A DNA stretch of 64,000 bases, taken from positions 128,001 to 192,000 of IMG/VR virus record IMGVR_UViG_3300031414_000007. The stretch is one strand, 5' to 3'. Of this stretch, positions 29,701-39,591 are shown in pieces. Position numbers and translations under genes: made by a program. The stretch is from a virus. Lineage: Duplodnaviria > Caudoviricetes. Within the stretch, counting starts at the first letter, position 1; each line of letters begins with the position of its first letter. Under the pieces are notes generated by a model. It did no database searches. It was not told the DNA's origin and saw only the letters and a program-made list of their open reading frames with translations.

Positions 29701-32618
29701 CTGAACTTGAAGCGGTTAACGAACTCTACAGCACCACGCACACGAACACGCACACCGCCAATGTCAACGTTGAACGTACCAGTTTGCAAATAGCTCAGGC
29801 CGACGATGAAGATAGTGTTACGAGGTGACTGAGAGATCACGTCGTACATACGTTCTTCGCCCCACGTGTTCACGGTATCAGCAGTAATAGGCACTGCGTT
29901 CCAGCCGTCAACGATTTTGTGTAGGTCGTCACACCAGTTCGCTACGAGGTTGGAAGGACAGATGATCAGAGGGCGAATGCCTTCTTCACCTAAGTCATCC
30001 AGCTCTTTGATTGTGGCTGCAATATCAGTCAGACCGATGATTGTCTTACCACCGCCAGGCGCGATAAAGATTGTTGCAAAGCGCGGACGACGACGCAGAG
30101 TTTTGTGCGCTTCGACCTGATGCGGCAGTAATGCTGCACCGTCTTTCAGACCTGGGATGCGAATATCATCAATGGTGATACCGCTGTCAGGTTTCAGGCG
30201 TTCGATCTCAGTCTCGGCCGATTCGAAAATCTCAAGAGACTTAGGAATCACATCGCTGTACATCGTAGCGAATGGCAGGATGATCTGTTGCAGACGACCT
30301 GAGCCTGGAGCTTGTTCGCTTTCAATCAGAGAACTAAACAATTTCTTGCGATCGGCGCGTACAAGCGACTGCGCCATTTCACGGTACACCGCACCACCGA
30401 AGTAGTTGTTAAGGCGTGCCATGTCAGACAGCTTGGACTTCTCACCCATCACAAAGTAGTGGGTGTGAGACGGCAGTGATTCGGTGGCAGCCTGAATGCT
30501 TCCCATCTCGCTCATGGAAGTTGCAATCAGGTTAGAACCACGCAGACCAGCAGCATCGTTCAGCACACGAATCATGATACGCAGCATCGTCAGAGCAGGG
30601 CGCTCGTTAGACAGGTCTGGTACCGAGAAGTCGTTAGCGATCAGATTCTCATAGAGGTCTTTGTCCATCGGGCTTTCAGACAGAGCCGCATCTTCTGCGT
30701 CCATGCCGATTGCTTTACGTGCATTCTCCACCAGCGTTTTCAGGTCAGGAACTTGTTTGTTCTTGAGCATGAACTCGTAGGTCTGGCAGGTCTGCGCGAT
30801 GATGTTCAGCAGCTCAGGCAGGTTAGAACCTTCTGTGGAGTTGTATTTGATCGTGGACTCACTCACACTCTCAACCAACTTACCGCTACCGGACTCAACT
30901 TTGGCAGCTTCAATCAGCGTGTCATACGACGGACGGAACAGAGCCATACCACCAGATGCCTGATTGTGATAAATGTTACCAATCACGTTCGCAGCAGAAC
31001 GGAAGTTAGGCGCTTCACCCGGCTCCGCAAAGTCGTAGCCGAGAGCATCAGCAACGTCCAGAGAGTTAGGTGACTTCATGCCGACAGTACGAGTTTCGTT
31101 AACTGCCAGCCCGCCGCCGTTCGAGGTGTTCACGATCAGAGAGAAGTCAGGGTCGATACCGATGCACACGTCACTGAAACGAGACAGTGATTTGGCTTTC
31201 GTCTGCACATCACGGTCGAAGTCCAGATTACCGTTCTGGATAGCGAACATGTTGGTACGCAGCGTGTCGTGCTCAGTAGATAGCGGCACACCTTTTTCGA
31301 ACAGGTCTTCGAGGACACCGTTGAGCGTGGTTTCGTAGGTCTTAACCATCTCAATGTCAATGTCTTCACGACGAGGCAGCACAGCCATCGTACCGTTAGG
31401 CATGATAGTCATACCGTGTTCATCAGCAACCACGTCGTTAACCACGTAGCCGAATTTCTCACGCAGCTTTTTCAACTCAGGAAGAGAAGTGGCAGAAGTC
31501 ACATAACGCGGAATACGAGCAGCACGGGTGATACCAGTACGAGTAGAACCAGCAACACGGAAGTAGTAGCTCGCCCAACCCTGGAACCAACGATACAGAC
31601 ACATGGTCTGAGTGTCAGCACCCTGAGAGATATACTCCACCAGCTCTTTTTCGAAGTTAACAATCAGGCCACCTTCGACACGAATGTCGGTTGCCAGTGC
31701 TACTTCGTTGAAATCGACAGGCGTATCGTGACTGATCTTCATCGCTTGCAGCTTGCGATCAATCATCTGTTTGCCGGGGATAGAGCGGATGCCGATTGTC
31801 ATGAAATCGCCCAGGCCGTCAACTACGGATTTTTCCAAGTTGCGGAACAGGTCAATATCAATGCCGTTCATTGATGGGTGAATAGAACGCAGAGCAGCGT
31901 TATACACAGACCAGTCTTTGTCGAGCGGGATACGAATCATCTTCGTATCGAATGCGTTGGCGTTAGTGCGCTCAGTGCCAAAGATATCCTTATAGATAGT
32001 CTTCGCCACACGAATTGCAGACTGCGCAATATCGGAGCTGTAGGTACGCAGGTTGGCGCTTTCGAAGTTCGCGTCGTTATCAACACGAGGACGGTCGCTA
32101 CCCTGATTGTTCAGAACGTTGAAGTTACCGTTCGAAGCCAGCGGGCTGGTGGGGCACGGAGTACCAGACATGATAATGTCTTTGCCGCCAGGGAAGCGCG
32201 TACTGTTTTCGATGATAGCGCCAGAAGATGCAGACAGATGCTCGGCCAGAGCGGTCTTGATCTCACGACTCAGCTTATCGCCGTTCAACATCATGTTGAT
32301 TTTCAGCGAGGACGCTTCGACGTTGTTCTTGATGCGCTTAACGAAATCGTCAGGAGAGACTTCCAGCATATCTTCGAACTCTGCACCGTTAGTAACGATG
32401 TAGTTGATCAGGTCGAAGGCCGCGTAGATGCGAGCTACGGTAGAAGCGGTGAATACAGCCAGCGCCTCATAGTTACGACGGGACTTCCCTGTCGCGTACA
32501 TCTTCGACGTCTTGGCGTCGAATTCGGGCGGCAAGGGCTTGATAGCAAGTGCCTGATTAAACGTATCGGCAATTTGCTGGGTAGCCGTTGCTGACGTACT
32601 AATCATCTGATTCATCAT
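26769..32618 (-). CDS. Giant SNF2-type (SF2) ATPase/helicase, probably virion-associated
   Basis: 1949 aa. LLPHQ (Q motif), APGGGKT, LLDESH, IATGT, SEGHNMQ, DTPWSPGTYDQSTARIFR. About 830-aa N-terminal and about 500-aa C-terminal extensions. Confidence 0.85.
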   Translation of the reverse strand: MMNQMISTSATATQQIADTFNQALAIKPLPPEFDAKTSKMYATGKSRRNYEALAVFTASTVARIYAAFDLINYIVTNGAEFEDMLEVSPDDFVKRIKNNVEASSLKINMMLNGDKLSREIKTALAEHLSASSGAIIENSTRFPGGKDIIMSGTPCPTSPLASNGNFNVLNNQGSDRPRVDNDANFESANLRTYSSDIAQSAIRVAKTIYKDIFGTERTNANAFDTKMIRIPLDKDWSVYNAALRSIHPSMNGIDIDLFRNLEKSVVDGLGDFMTIGIRSIPGKQMIDRKLQAMKISHDTPVDFNEVALATDIRVEGGLIVNFEKELVEYISQGADTQTMCLYRWFQGWASYYFRVAGSTRTGITRAARIPRYVTSATSLPELKKLREKFGYVVNDVVADEHGMTIMPNGTMAVLPRREDIDIEMVKTYETTLNGVLEDLFEKGVPLSTEHDTLRTNMFAIQNGNLDFDRDVQTKAKSLSRFSDVCIGIDPDFSLIVNTSNGGGLAVNETRTVGMKSPNSLDVADALGYDFAEPGEAPNFRSAANVIGNIYHNQASGGMALFRPSYDTLIEAAKVESGSGKLVESVSESTIKYNSTEGSNLPELLNIIAQTCQTYEFMLKNKQVPDLKTLVENARKAIGMDAEDAALSESPMDKDLYENLIANDFSVPDLSNERPALTMLRIMIRVLNDAAGLRGSNLIATSMSEMGSIQAATESLPSHTHYFVMGEKSKLSDMARLNNYFGGAVYREMAQSLVRADRKKLFSSLIESEQAPGSGRLQQIILPFATMYSDVIPKSLEIFESAETEIERLKPDSGITIDDIRIPGLKDGAALLPHQVEAHKTLRRRPRFATIFIAPGGGKTIIGLTDIAATIKELDDLGEEGIRPLIICPSNLVANWCDDLHKIVDGWNAVPITADTVNTWGEERMYDVISQSPRNTIFIVGLSYLQTGTFNVDIGGVRVRVRGAVEFVNRFKFSYVLLDESHKVKNFSGGQAGSQVHFNTKAVFTAPSVRYARIATGTLVTDRVRDIVGQAALMTPAMFGDSLDVAYDGAKDDIEMIRRAHSRMANHTAFISFKRKHWAFMLPNPIDTFIQVEIDDPSVPNSALHQEVYNAMYAEVLEKLDEAAKSAKKKAGSSDDDDDEAGGAEATAADDIDEDEIEEGDDLGALLASNADLNMYFQRMEMMLTDPMGDDVARMTFEAAGVTNFVSAKVLTIIDRIRKHFEVQPERDRMIGEQQIFEWKPGVEPRELDIAVYNGQKYLARKQSEEFKRQALPPSMVPPPDDPDYWKPEVQGKLIVFTRYVRAANAIYNALPANYKKVAVVYHGEVGKLGQNKDANLDAFKTDNNVQILIANEQAISEGHNMQMGSRIIRCDTPWSPGTYDQSTARIFRPDVAAAKLDENGKPGDMAREVVFIDWVMTNKTLEVGKVARLMWKTLEKTRFDEKGNQRYEALDQYKLDPIKMSAKLLIDNNTMEDFGDYFLAKRDLNEIESQEFQEMRRTTVAAMQALPATPALTDFRVMDQTPLVANQKIPDRNGWGTERLLDWARNRNFTSGEGLKDSLNRAPVVTEFGNGVVVSVTVRMVDGKLRGDSPISTVRVRLAGSGETVAIPATKVHIATKVDKNDLKRFFEQRKPWANEKDRKRANAEANRVEVEDTVADETQTADTKETEKKVEAQARKAARAAKRASNKETGKPINEGVEEAAKKVRRRKSADLPPLANTTTRMKPGAKAVAEATGADMALELTPTVYNGFVALYANATDPDAKALKDFEFVEFGDYVYYDCAYYADFEAMLDFIEVKKKLEFDRMSEKRLEFVLDFFDESTPRMGFNVKLATKGQEQLPKFFLVRHKSASDKKHVKAYPMIMEDRLRIMFDLKTNPQMKRFVGTKIPNTRKFGTFDQAPGMWIGFVKNAATAKARINKIVKAGYTVTNIKKVTGALDKLKLTMSKNKSV

Positions 32619-33109
32619 TCACCCAGTTTGGTATAGTTGTCAATCATAGACTGCCACACGCTCGGTACAGGCAAGCGACGGTCTGCGGCGATATCCGATA
32701 GCACAACGGCTAATGCGTAAGCACGAAGAGGACTAAGCCCTTCGAACTTGTCGCGCGTAAACACAGACGTGAGTTGTTCGTTGGTCAGTGTCTGATACTG
32801 CGCACGATACTCGGACAGATACGTGCCGTACTTACCGTCATCAACCGGCATGGTATCAGGGATGCTCTGAATAGACAACAATGCTTTCGCAAGAGCGTCC
32901 ATAATCAGAAGCAGGTCAGCCTGATCATACGGTGTGATATCCGGCACGTTTGAACGACCCAGCAGTTCGATGACTGACTGCGGAAGTTGGATAGGCTCTC
33001 GCGCTTGAGAGATGGACTTCATGATTCCTTCGGCAGCACCAGCATACAGCTTACCGCTATCTGCGATGCCCTTCAAAAGAGTATGAAGCCGCGAGTTTAC
33101 GTCAATCAC
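32615..33109 (-). CDS. Hypothetical protein
   Basis: Start moved to GTG 33109 (GGAGAAG RBS, MIDVNSR...). Confidence 0.6.
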   Translation of the reverse strand: MIDVNSRLHTLLKGIADSGKLYAGAAEGIMKSISQAREPIQLPQSVIELLGRSNVPDITPYDQADLLLIMDALAKALLSIQSIPDTMPVDDGKYGTYLSEYRAQYQTLTNEQLTSVFTRDKFEGLSPLRAYALAVVLSDIAADRRLPVPSVWQSMIDNYTKLGE

Positions 33110-33119
33110 GGTTCTTCTC

Positions 33120-33902
33120 CTAAATAAAAATGCTCTTGACCAAAGTGTTGAGCCTCTTCTCCACAGCATGACGTTTGTACGTGGACAGGAAGCAGGTTAG
33201 CCTGCGCGATTGCAGATGCAGCGCAATAGCGTTACCCTTAACCCGCGCACAGTCAACTCCCAAATCAATACTCCACGGATGCCAAGCACGAGGCGCAAGC
33301 ATCACTTGTTGAATTGTTGGGTAAGTGTCTGGCACAACAGGCAGAGGAGACTTTGCCAGTTTCTTCGTCAAATTATCAGTTTTGAACAAGGCTTTAGGCT
33401 GTTTGTTCGAAAACCAGTAAGGAACCTGCTTGTGCAGTATCTCACCTACTTTCGGAATACCACCACGCGTTGTCTGCGGTACATACACCAGATAAATATC
33501 GATCGTGGTGTTGATGCAGTTAGCAACCCGATTGTAGTCGCTGTTGGTTCGACTATGCACCTCAGCCAGCCTGAACTTATTGCTGAACTCAATACGTTGC
33601 AGCCATCTTTTCAAGTCAGCCTGTTGGACCTTGAGAAGCGCTTTTGCCTGCTCAAGAGAGTGCTTGGTGATCGGTGGGATAGGACGTAACAGGTACGTTG
33701 TGCTGCTACGAGCCAGAGAAGAAATAAACCCTTCTACAACGCGCTGCATACCAAGAGGTTGTGGTAGCGAATGAAAGAGGTCAACCGCTGTTTGTGTTGA
33801 GATGTACGCACCCCAAGCCTCGATGTACTCAGGGCTAACGCAGTCAGGAAAGTTGCGTAAGTCCAATCCCACGTCTGAGCCATATTTCTGCAAACGACTC
33901 AC
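33120..33902 (-). CDS. Hypothetical protein
   Basis: 260 aa. GTG start with GGAGG RBS, coupled to the HNH gene. Confidence 0.6.
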   Translation of the reverse strand: MSRLQKYGSDVGLDLRNFPDCVSPEYIEAWGAYISTQTAVDLFHSLPQPLGMQRVVEGFISSLARSSTTYLLRPIPPITKHSLEQAKALLKVQQADLKRWLQRIEFSNKFRLAEVHSRTNSDYNRVANCINTTIDIYLVYVPQTTRGGIPKVGEILHKQVPYWFSNKQPKALFKTDNLTKKLAKSPLPVVPDTYPTIQQVMLAPRAWHPWSIDLGVDCARVKGNAIALHLQSRRLTCFLSTYKRHAVEKRLNTLVKSIFI

Positions 33903-34264
33903 CGTCTACCTCCATGCAGCAGTCTTGAACCACGTCGGTTGTTACTGCCGATCTGATTGTTATCGCAGTCATAGCAAAGCAGTTCGAGGTTATGTTTCAT
34001 ATTCGAACCACCCTGCGCATGACCAACTTTGTGGTTGAGAATGAGTTGTGGAGTACGAGTACCACAGCGCTCACATTGTTGTCCACGCTCGTCGATGATG
34101 CTCATTTTGAGACGTGTCCAATCACTCCTGTCCATGCGAACGTGAGTACCAGCGCGAGCACGTTCAAATCCCGTAACACCAGCAAGACGTTGAGAAGTGG
34201 ACATACTTCTTCCACGACCACCCATAGTTCTTGCTGCAATACCGCCTTTTGGTCTGTATGCCAT
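33899..34264 (-). CDS. HNH endonuclease-like protein
   Basis: CERCG...LNHKVGHAQGGSNMKHNLELLCYDCDN: Zn-finger HNH scaffold. Confidence 0.75.
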   Translation of the reverse strand: MAYRPKGGIAARTMGGRGRSMSTSQRLAGVTGFERARAGTHVRMDRSDWTRLKMSIIDERGQQCERCGTRTPQLILNHKVGHAQGGSNMKHNLELLCYDCDNNQIGSNNRRGSRLLHGGRR

Positions 34265-34297
34265 GATGATCTCCTAAATACAGTTCTATTTACAGAC

Positions 34298-35122
34298 TTA
34301 GGCGCTCGCGCTAAATATCTGAACTGTCTTCGATAGACCCGCCTGATAGGCTTGCTCAATATCTTTCGCAGCGTTACGAATGATCGTTTGCGTCTGATTC
34401 TGCGCACCAGCAATCATTTCAACAGGCAGATTCTTTTTATTCCATGCGTTAATCTGGTGGAATACGCCAACCAGAATTGTACCAGCAGACTCAGCGAAAG
34501 GTCCCATGACTTCTTCGTTGAGAATCTCTGCCAGTTGCGACACGTCACGCAGCGCACGAAGGTCAGCGATAATCTCACGCATCTGGTTATAGAGTTGCAT
34601 CAGTGCGTAAATATCACGGCTCTGCTTCTTGTCCTTATAGGCGTCTTCACAGATACGTGCCATTGACTGACACTGCTTGAACATCGTCATGTACTCGGCA
34701 ATCTGGTCGTTCTCTTGTTTGATAACGTCAGGCACATCAGCCATAACCTCAAGGAACTGACCCTCAAGAGCAACCATATCGGTGCTCAAACTCCGTGACT
34801 CTTTCTTCTTCTTTTTCTTTTTGATGGTATCTACTGCATTCTCTTTCTTTTTCTTAGCTTTCTTGGGCTTTGGTTCATCCAGAGACTGCATTGCCTTTTG
34901 AGATGCTGCAATATCCGAATAGAAGTCATCGGGATCAATGTGTTTAGGCAGCACGTCTTTCGAAGGGTCGGACTTCTTTTTCTTCTTGACCTTAACGCCT
35001 TTGCTAACTGTCTTAGCTTTCTTGACGGTGGTCTTAGCTTTAACTTTCGCTTTACTCTTTTTCGCAGATGCTTTTGCAGGCTGGGCGAAAGAGCCAATGT
35101 CATCCAAGCTTATGGCCGCCAT
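34298..35122 (-). CDS. Hypothetical protein with Lys-rich N-terminal half and helical C-domain
   Basis: 274 aa. KKKKKKKE tracts. GAGGA RBS. Confidence 0.6.
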   Translation of the reverse strand: MAAISLDDIGSFAQPAKASAKKSKAKVKAKTTVKKAKTVSKGVKVKKKKKSDPSKDVLPKHIDPDDFYSDIAASQKAMQSLDEPKPKKAKKKKENAVDTIKKKKKKKESRSLSTDMVALEGQFLEVMADVPDVIKQENDQIAEYMTMFKQCQSMARICEDAYKDKKQSRDIYALMQLYNQMREIIADLRALRDVSQLAEILNEEVMGPFAESAGTILVGVFHQINAWNKKNLPVEMIAGAQNQTQTIIRNAAKDIEQAYQAGLSKTVQIFSASA

Positions 35123-35144
35123 GTGAAAATCCTCAGTAGAAACG

Positions 35145-35171
35145 AAAAAGGGAACCCCGCGAGGCTCCCTT
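35145..35171 (-). terminator. Rho-independent terminator
   Basis: Minus strand AGGGAGCC-TCGC-GGGGTTCCC-TTTTT. Confidence 0.75.
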
Positions 35172-35181
35172 TAGGGTTTGT

Positions 35182-35988
35182 TTAGAAGCTGTGACCTTTG
35201 ATGATAGCAGCAATCTTGCCGAAGTAGTCCGGGCTGTAGCGGAACATCTTGGCATAGTAGTCCAGCAGCTTGTTAACGTCAACGCCAGCAGCGGCAGACA
35301 CTGAATCAACCTGCGGGAAGTGTTTCTCGTCCAACTCGTCGCCAGACAGAACAGCTACCATGCTCATGGAAGTAATCTGCTCTTCCTGACCCTGATCGTC
35401 AACAACGATGAAGCTGTTGTCGTCAGTTACGTTAGCAGCAACGAAGCCAACTTTCAACGCACCTGAGTTAGACACGAAGCTAACCATATCACCGCCAACA
35501 ACGCTGGACAGTTCCAGATTGTGGCGAGCAACGGCCTGAGCCAGAGTAGGCATAGACGCCTGCAGGTTAACAGTAGCCGCGCCTGACACAGAACGAATCA
35601 TGTCGATCAGTTCAGAGTTGTCGTTCGCGTTGCTTTCGCGTACCAGAACGTCTTCACCGCTTTCGCTACGGCGAACGGCCCACATGCGCTCGGACTTGTC
35701 CATGTACATGTTTTTCGACAGAGCCTGGAACTCGTCACCCATCTGCGACACAGGGATAACGTCCTGCATACGGCTGAGGATGGTACGAACGAAGCTGGTG
35801 GTTTTACCCTGCTCGATCATAGAAGACGCACCTTCAACAGGCATGTATTCACGATTGCAGGAAGCGCTTACGATGGCGCCGAAGTTGTCTGCGATATTCT
35901 CGCCGACGTTGTGAGTTACTTGCACGATGGCCACGCTCTGGTTGTCGTTGAGCTGGTCAATCTGTTTGATGAAAGCCTTCATTGTCAT
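35182..35988 (-). CDS. Putative virion structural (head) protein
   Basis: 268 aa. Own CTAATTT motif upstream and terminator downstream. Highly biased codons. Confidence 0.5.
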   Translation of the reverse strand: MTMKAFIKQIDQLNDNQSVAIVQVTHNVGENIADNFGAIVSASCNREYMPVEGASSMIEQGKTTSFVRTILSRMQDVIPVSQMGDEFQALSKNMYMDKSERMWAVRRSESGEDVLVRESNANDNSELIDMIRSVSGAATVNLQASMPTLAQAVARHNLELSSVVGGDMVSFVSNSGALKVGFVAANVTDDNSFIVVDDQGQEEQITSMSMVAVLSGDELDEKHFPQVDSVSAAAGVDVNKLLDYYAKMFRYSPDYFGKIAAIIKGHSF

Positions 35989-36030
35989 CTCCTGAATGTT
36001 TCGACAATATGAAATTAGTAAACTTAGGGT

Positions 36031-37194
36031 TTAGCCTGTCACGCGATACCGCGCATTGACCCAGATACTGCGGTTACCAACAGTAGCCCATTTGGTTGTT
36101 GGGCTGTTTGTGATGCCGAGCTTGCCAAGTGCGCGAGCACCGTCAATCGCACCAGAACCCTGAGAACCATCACCGTCGTTGATTCCGGCCTTAGACAGTT
36201 TGTTCTTCAAGTTCGTAACAGGACCTTGAATCTGCGTTTCAAGTCTGCCTAAAGCAGCCTCAATCGAAGGTGTTCGGTCCATGTTTAAGTTGACGACTTG
36301 CCCCGTAAAGTCGAATGCCATTTGCCCTTCTGCCTGTAACTGAGCAGCGAGCGCATAGTAGCAACTACAGGTAATCCAGCCATCTAAGATTGTGCCTTGC
36401 ATGTTCGTGCCACTAAAGCCAGTAACACGCGGGCCAATCATATTGAACAGCGCAAGACCACGATAGAGATAACCAATCAGGTCAGCTTGCGTGTACTCCA
36501 GTTCAGGAATAACGTTATGCTGACGTGCTTTGTTGATGTGGTCTTCCACCAGCGATGCAGCAATAAGAACCTGAGGCGTCACTGCCCAGAGCTTATATGT
36601 CAGCATCTTGGTTGTCTTGCGTGTCGCAGAGGTGTAGTGCGCGATTAAACTAATCGGCTCAAGGCGACGAGTAGCAACCCACACAGGCACCTGAAACACG
36701 CAGGTCTTTGCACGGTTCACAATCATCTTCACACCCGCATCGCCGGAGTCGATATCGGATGCAACGATTTGGTTATTGAGTGCGAGCTGGAATCTCAGCT
36801 TATCGCCACGAGTATCGAAGTGGAACGGCAACGTCAGTTCAAACGTTTCGTTATCACCGAACAACGTAACGATATCCGTAACACGGTTTTCAGTCAGTGG
36901 TTCAACAATGAGTTCCTGACTGGACTGCATGATCCCTTCTTCGGAATCATAACGCCATTTGACTGTCAGACGTTTATCGTCCACCAGCCCCATGTTAGGA
37001 ATCGCAACATCAGCAGTCCAATAGCCAGGAACTTCTCCCGGCGTTGCGACTACTTGAGCCAGCACCGATTTATCGTCAGGGTCAATGAGGCTTACGACAG
37101 GCCCCATATCGTCTGACTGCGGATAAACGGGCTGGTCTAGATCATCGAAGAAACTCTCCTCGAGGACCAGTACGTTACCTTCTGTTGTGCGCAT
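36031..37194 (-). CDS. Putative virion structural protein (neck/head-tail connector candidate)
   Basis: Start moved to ATG 37194. Ig-like beta N-half and helical C-half. In a CTAATTT-driven operon. Function is inference. Confidence 0.45.
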   Translation of the reverse strand: MRTTEGNVLVLEESFFDDLDQPVYPQSDDMGPVVSLIDPDDKSVLAQVVATPGEVPGYWTADVAIPNMGLVDDKRLTVKWRYDSEEGIMQSSQELIVEPLTENRVTDIVTLFGDNETFELTLPFHFDTRGDKLRFQLALNNQIVASDIDSGDAGVKMIVNRAKTCVFQVPVWVATRRLEPISLIAHYTSATRKTTKMLTYKLWAVTPQVLIAASLVEDHINKARQHNVIPELEYTQADLIGYLYRGLALFNMIGPRVTGFSGTNMQGTILDGWITCSCYYALAAQLQAEGQMAFDFTGQVVNLNMDRTPSIEAALGRLETQIQGPVTNLKNKLSKAGINDGDGSQGSGAIDGARALGKLGITNSPTTKWATVGNRSIWVNARYRVTG

Positions 37195-37195
37195 A

Positions 37196-38302
37196 TCAGT
37201 CTGCCTTAGTGAGTCCCAGATACTCAATCAGATTGCGTAGCTGGTCGTTATACCCACCTTCGATTAGCGCTCGCGCCATTGCGACGTGGTTCGAGTTAAT
37301 CGTCCGCACCACTTTAGCCTGATACTCAGGAACGTTCTGCATGTTCTGACTCAGGTTGTAGAAGTAACTACGAACGAAGTTGGTTCGTTCCACGTTGCTC
37401 GCTTCCATATCGCTTGTGTCCTGCGTAGGAGTTAGCAGCAGGTAGAGCGCAGCAAGTAGTTCCGGACTCTGGTCAACTATAGGAGATACCAACGAGGCAG
37501 CAATCTTCGTCAGTCCTTTCGCAACAAAATCAACCACAGTCTTCTCGATGAACGCTGTACCAGCTTTACCTACGTTTGGCAAATACAAGCCAGGCAGGAT
37601 GTAGATGCAGAAGTAAAGCGGAAAGTCTTTGCGCATCACGTCAGAGATAAGCATCTCCGAGTAGTCTTTCCAGATGTTGACGTTGAAGTGCCATTCATCG
37701 TAAGGCACGGTACGCATCAGGTTCGACACTGACAGATCTTTCACTTGGTTCGCCTGAGATGCAAGATCGCGAGCGCTTTGCGAAGGGCCAAGATTCGAAC
37801 TTGATACCAGCTGGACGTAGTTGCGTGTAACAGCACCAACAGTGTTGTACACAACGTTCAGCATTTCAACACCATTACCGTTCAGTGCAAAGATAACCGA
37901 ACGAGGAAGACCGATAGTGATGTACTCGTTATTATTGTCAACGCCCCACAAGCGCCAGTAACGCCCGCGACCGAGTTGAGTCATCGGCTGCGGGAGAATA
38001 CGATTAGCGCGAGGTTTCAGGCAGAACGTGAAGCAGATACCGCTGTCAATCATGATCACTGAATCATCAGGACGATTCGAATAACCCATCGACATATCGT
38101 TATCCGTCGAGTACACGTTCACCAGAGTGAAGTTCAGCGACTTGGTGAAAGGCATCTGAGCTTCAATCAAATAGGCGAGGACTTGACGAATGATAGTATC
38201 AAGCACATAAGGAGAAGCGCTACGCATTTGTTGTGGCCGATACTGACCACCATACGTATTCTCCTTAAATGTGCGATCTACCTTGAAATGCGTTAACGCC
38301 AT
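37196..38302 (-). CDS. Hypothetical (probably structural) protein
   Basis: 368 aa, coupled within the structural operon. Confidence 0.55.
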   Translation of the reverse strand: MALTHFKVDRTFKENTYGGQYRPQQMRSASPYVLDTIIRQVLAYLIEAQMPFTKSLNFTLVNVYSTDNDMSMGYSNRPDDSVIMIDSGICFTFCLKPRANRILPQPMTQLGRGRYWRLWGVDNNNEYITIGLPRSVIFALNGNGVEMLNVVYNTVGAVTRNYVQLVSSSNLGPSQSARDLASQANQVKDLSVSNLMRTVPYDEWHFNVNIWKDYSEMLISDVMRKDFPLYFCIYILPGLYLPNVGKAGTAFIEKTVVDFVAKGLTKIAASLVSPIVDQSPELLAALYLLLTPTQDTSDMEASNVERTNFVRSYFYNLSQNMQNVPEYQAKVVRTINSNHVAMARALIEGGYNDQLRNLIEYLGLTKAD

Positions 38303-39591
38303 TACTTGACCGACTGTTTCAGCAGGCGTTTCTGTTGCGGGTTCAGGCCCATAACATCTGCAATCTCGTCGATCTTACGCAGAGTCAGGACGCCTTTCGC
38401 AGTACCACCAGAACCGGTCAGAGAGATCTTAATGAACTCACGACCGTTACGGCCGCTGACCATCTGATGCACAACGCTGTTCTTACCACCACGTCCTGCA
38501 CGAAGCGCAGTAGAGGCCATGCCCAGGATTTCAGTAACAGCTTCTTTCTTCTCGGTCGGGCTGAGGCCAGGAACGAGACGCACATACAGGCTATCATTCT
38601 GAACACGCACGTTGTCGAAGATTTCTTTCTTACGACCGCGAATTGTGTGCTGTTGCAGACCCAGCGTAGTGGTATCACGCAGGTTCTGAGTAGAACGGTT
38701 GATTGGCTTACGCTCACTGTAGTTCAGGAAGCCGTCGAGAGCCATCAGGTGGTTGATGGTACGCTTCATTTCAGGAGCAGTAGCAATCTGACGACCCATC
38801 GGGAAGCTACCTGGAACTTTCTCGTCAACGATTGACGTCAGGAAGTTTTCGCTGATACCGTTAGCGACCGCGATTGTGGTAGACAGTACCAGAGCATAGT
38901 TCGGGTAGTGCATACCGTCAGAGTTCACGAAGTTGTCGATGAACACATAGGTCTGGAAACAGATCGGGTCAGTACCGGACGCGATGAAAGTACGAGTACG
39001 AATCTTCGAATAGTCTTCTTTATTCAGAATCTTCGACAGGTAGTTGGCGATGGTTGCAGCCAACTTGGTATGTTCTTTCGGCGCGCCGTTTTTAACGTCG
39101 ATGCTCATGAGCTTAACCAGTTTGGTCTGCTGGTCTTTTGCCTGAGTAATAACGTTGAGCAGAGACTTAGCGGCTGCGTTCTGATCTTTGAATGCGCTGA
39201 AAGTCTTGCTGTTAAGAATCTGGTAGGCAACGGACAGTTCACCAATTGCCTGAGACAGTTGGCTTACCTGCTGGTTGTATTGAGCTTTGCTCTTAACGTC
39301 AGAAATATCGATCTTAGACAGGTCGATAACTTGGTTCAGGTCAATCGCTTTTGCCTGTTTGCCTTTGATTGAGCCTTCGATATCGGAAAGTTCGATGGCC
39401 TTAGCGCTGACGGACAGGAGTTTCTGCGGGATTGTAACTGACGTGGCGTTTGCGATAACTTTATCGAGTACGTTACGGAACTCTTTCGCTGTGCGGGCAC
39501 CACGTAAGGCAGTCATGTTCCCAGAGCTATAGTCAACAGATGCGCTGATACTGCTAACTTCATTGTTTTTGGCAGTCTTAGCCATGATCAT
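38302..39591 (-). CDS. Putative virion structural protein
   Basis: 429 aa. CTAATTTT upstream. SISAS motif near the N-terminus. Start may be 39585. Confidence 0.55.
   Translation of the reverse strand: MIMAKTAKNNEVSSISASVDYSSGNMTALRGARTAKEFRNVLDKVIANATSVTIPQKLLSVSAKAIELSDIEGSIKGKQAKAIDLNQVIDLSKIDISDVKSKAQYNQQVSQLSQAIGELSVAYQILNSKTFSAFKDQNAAAKSLLNVITQAKDQQTKLVKLMSIDVKNGAPKEHTKLAATIANYLSKILNKEDYSKIRTRTFIASGTDPICFQTYVFIDNFVNSDGMHYPNYALVLSTTIAVANGISENFLTSIVDEKVPGSFPMGRQIATAPEMKRTINHLMALDGFLNYSERKPINRSTQNLRDTTTLGLQQHTIRGRKKEIFDNVRVQNDSLYVRLVPGLSPTEKKEAVTEILGMASTALRAGRGGKNSVVHQMVSGRNGREFIKISLTGSGGTAKGVLTLRKIDEIADVMGLNPQQKRLLKQSVK

Noticed and set aside
33899-34264. HNH as a mobile homing endonuclease insertion
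   Set aside because: It is short, has its own phage-type promoter motif, is translationally coupled to the next gene, and has altered catalytic residues, so it looks domesticated.
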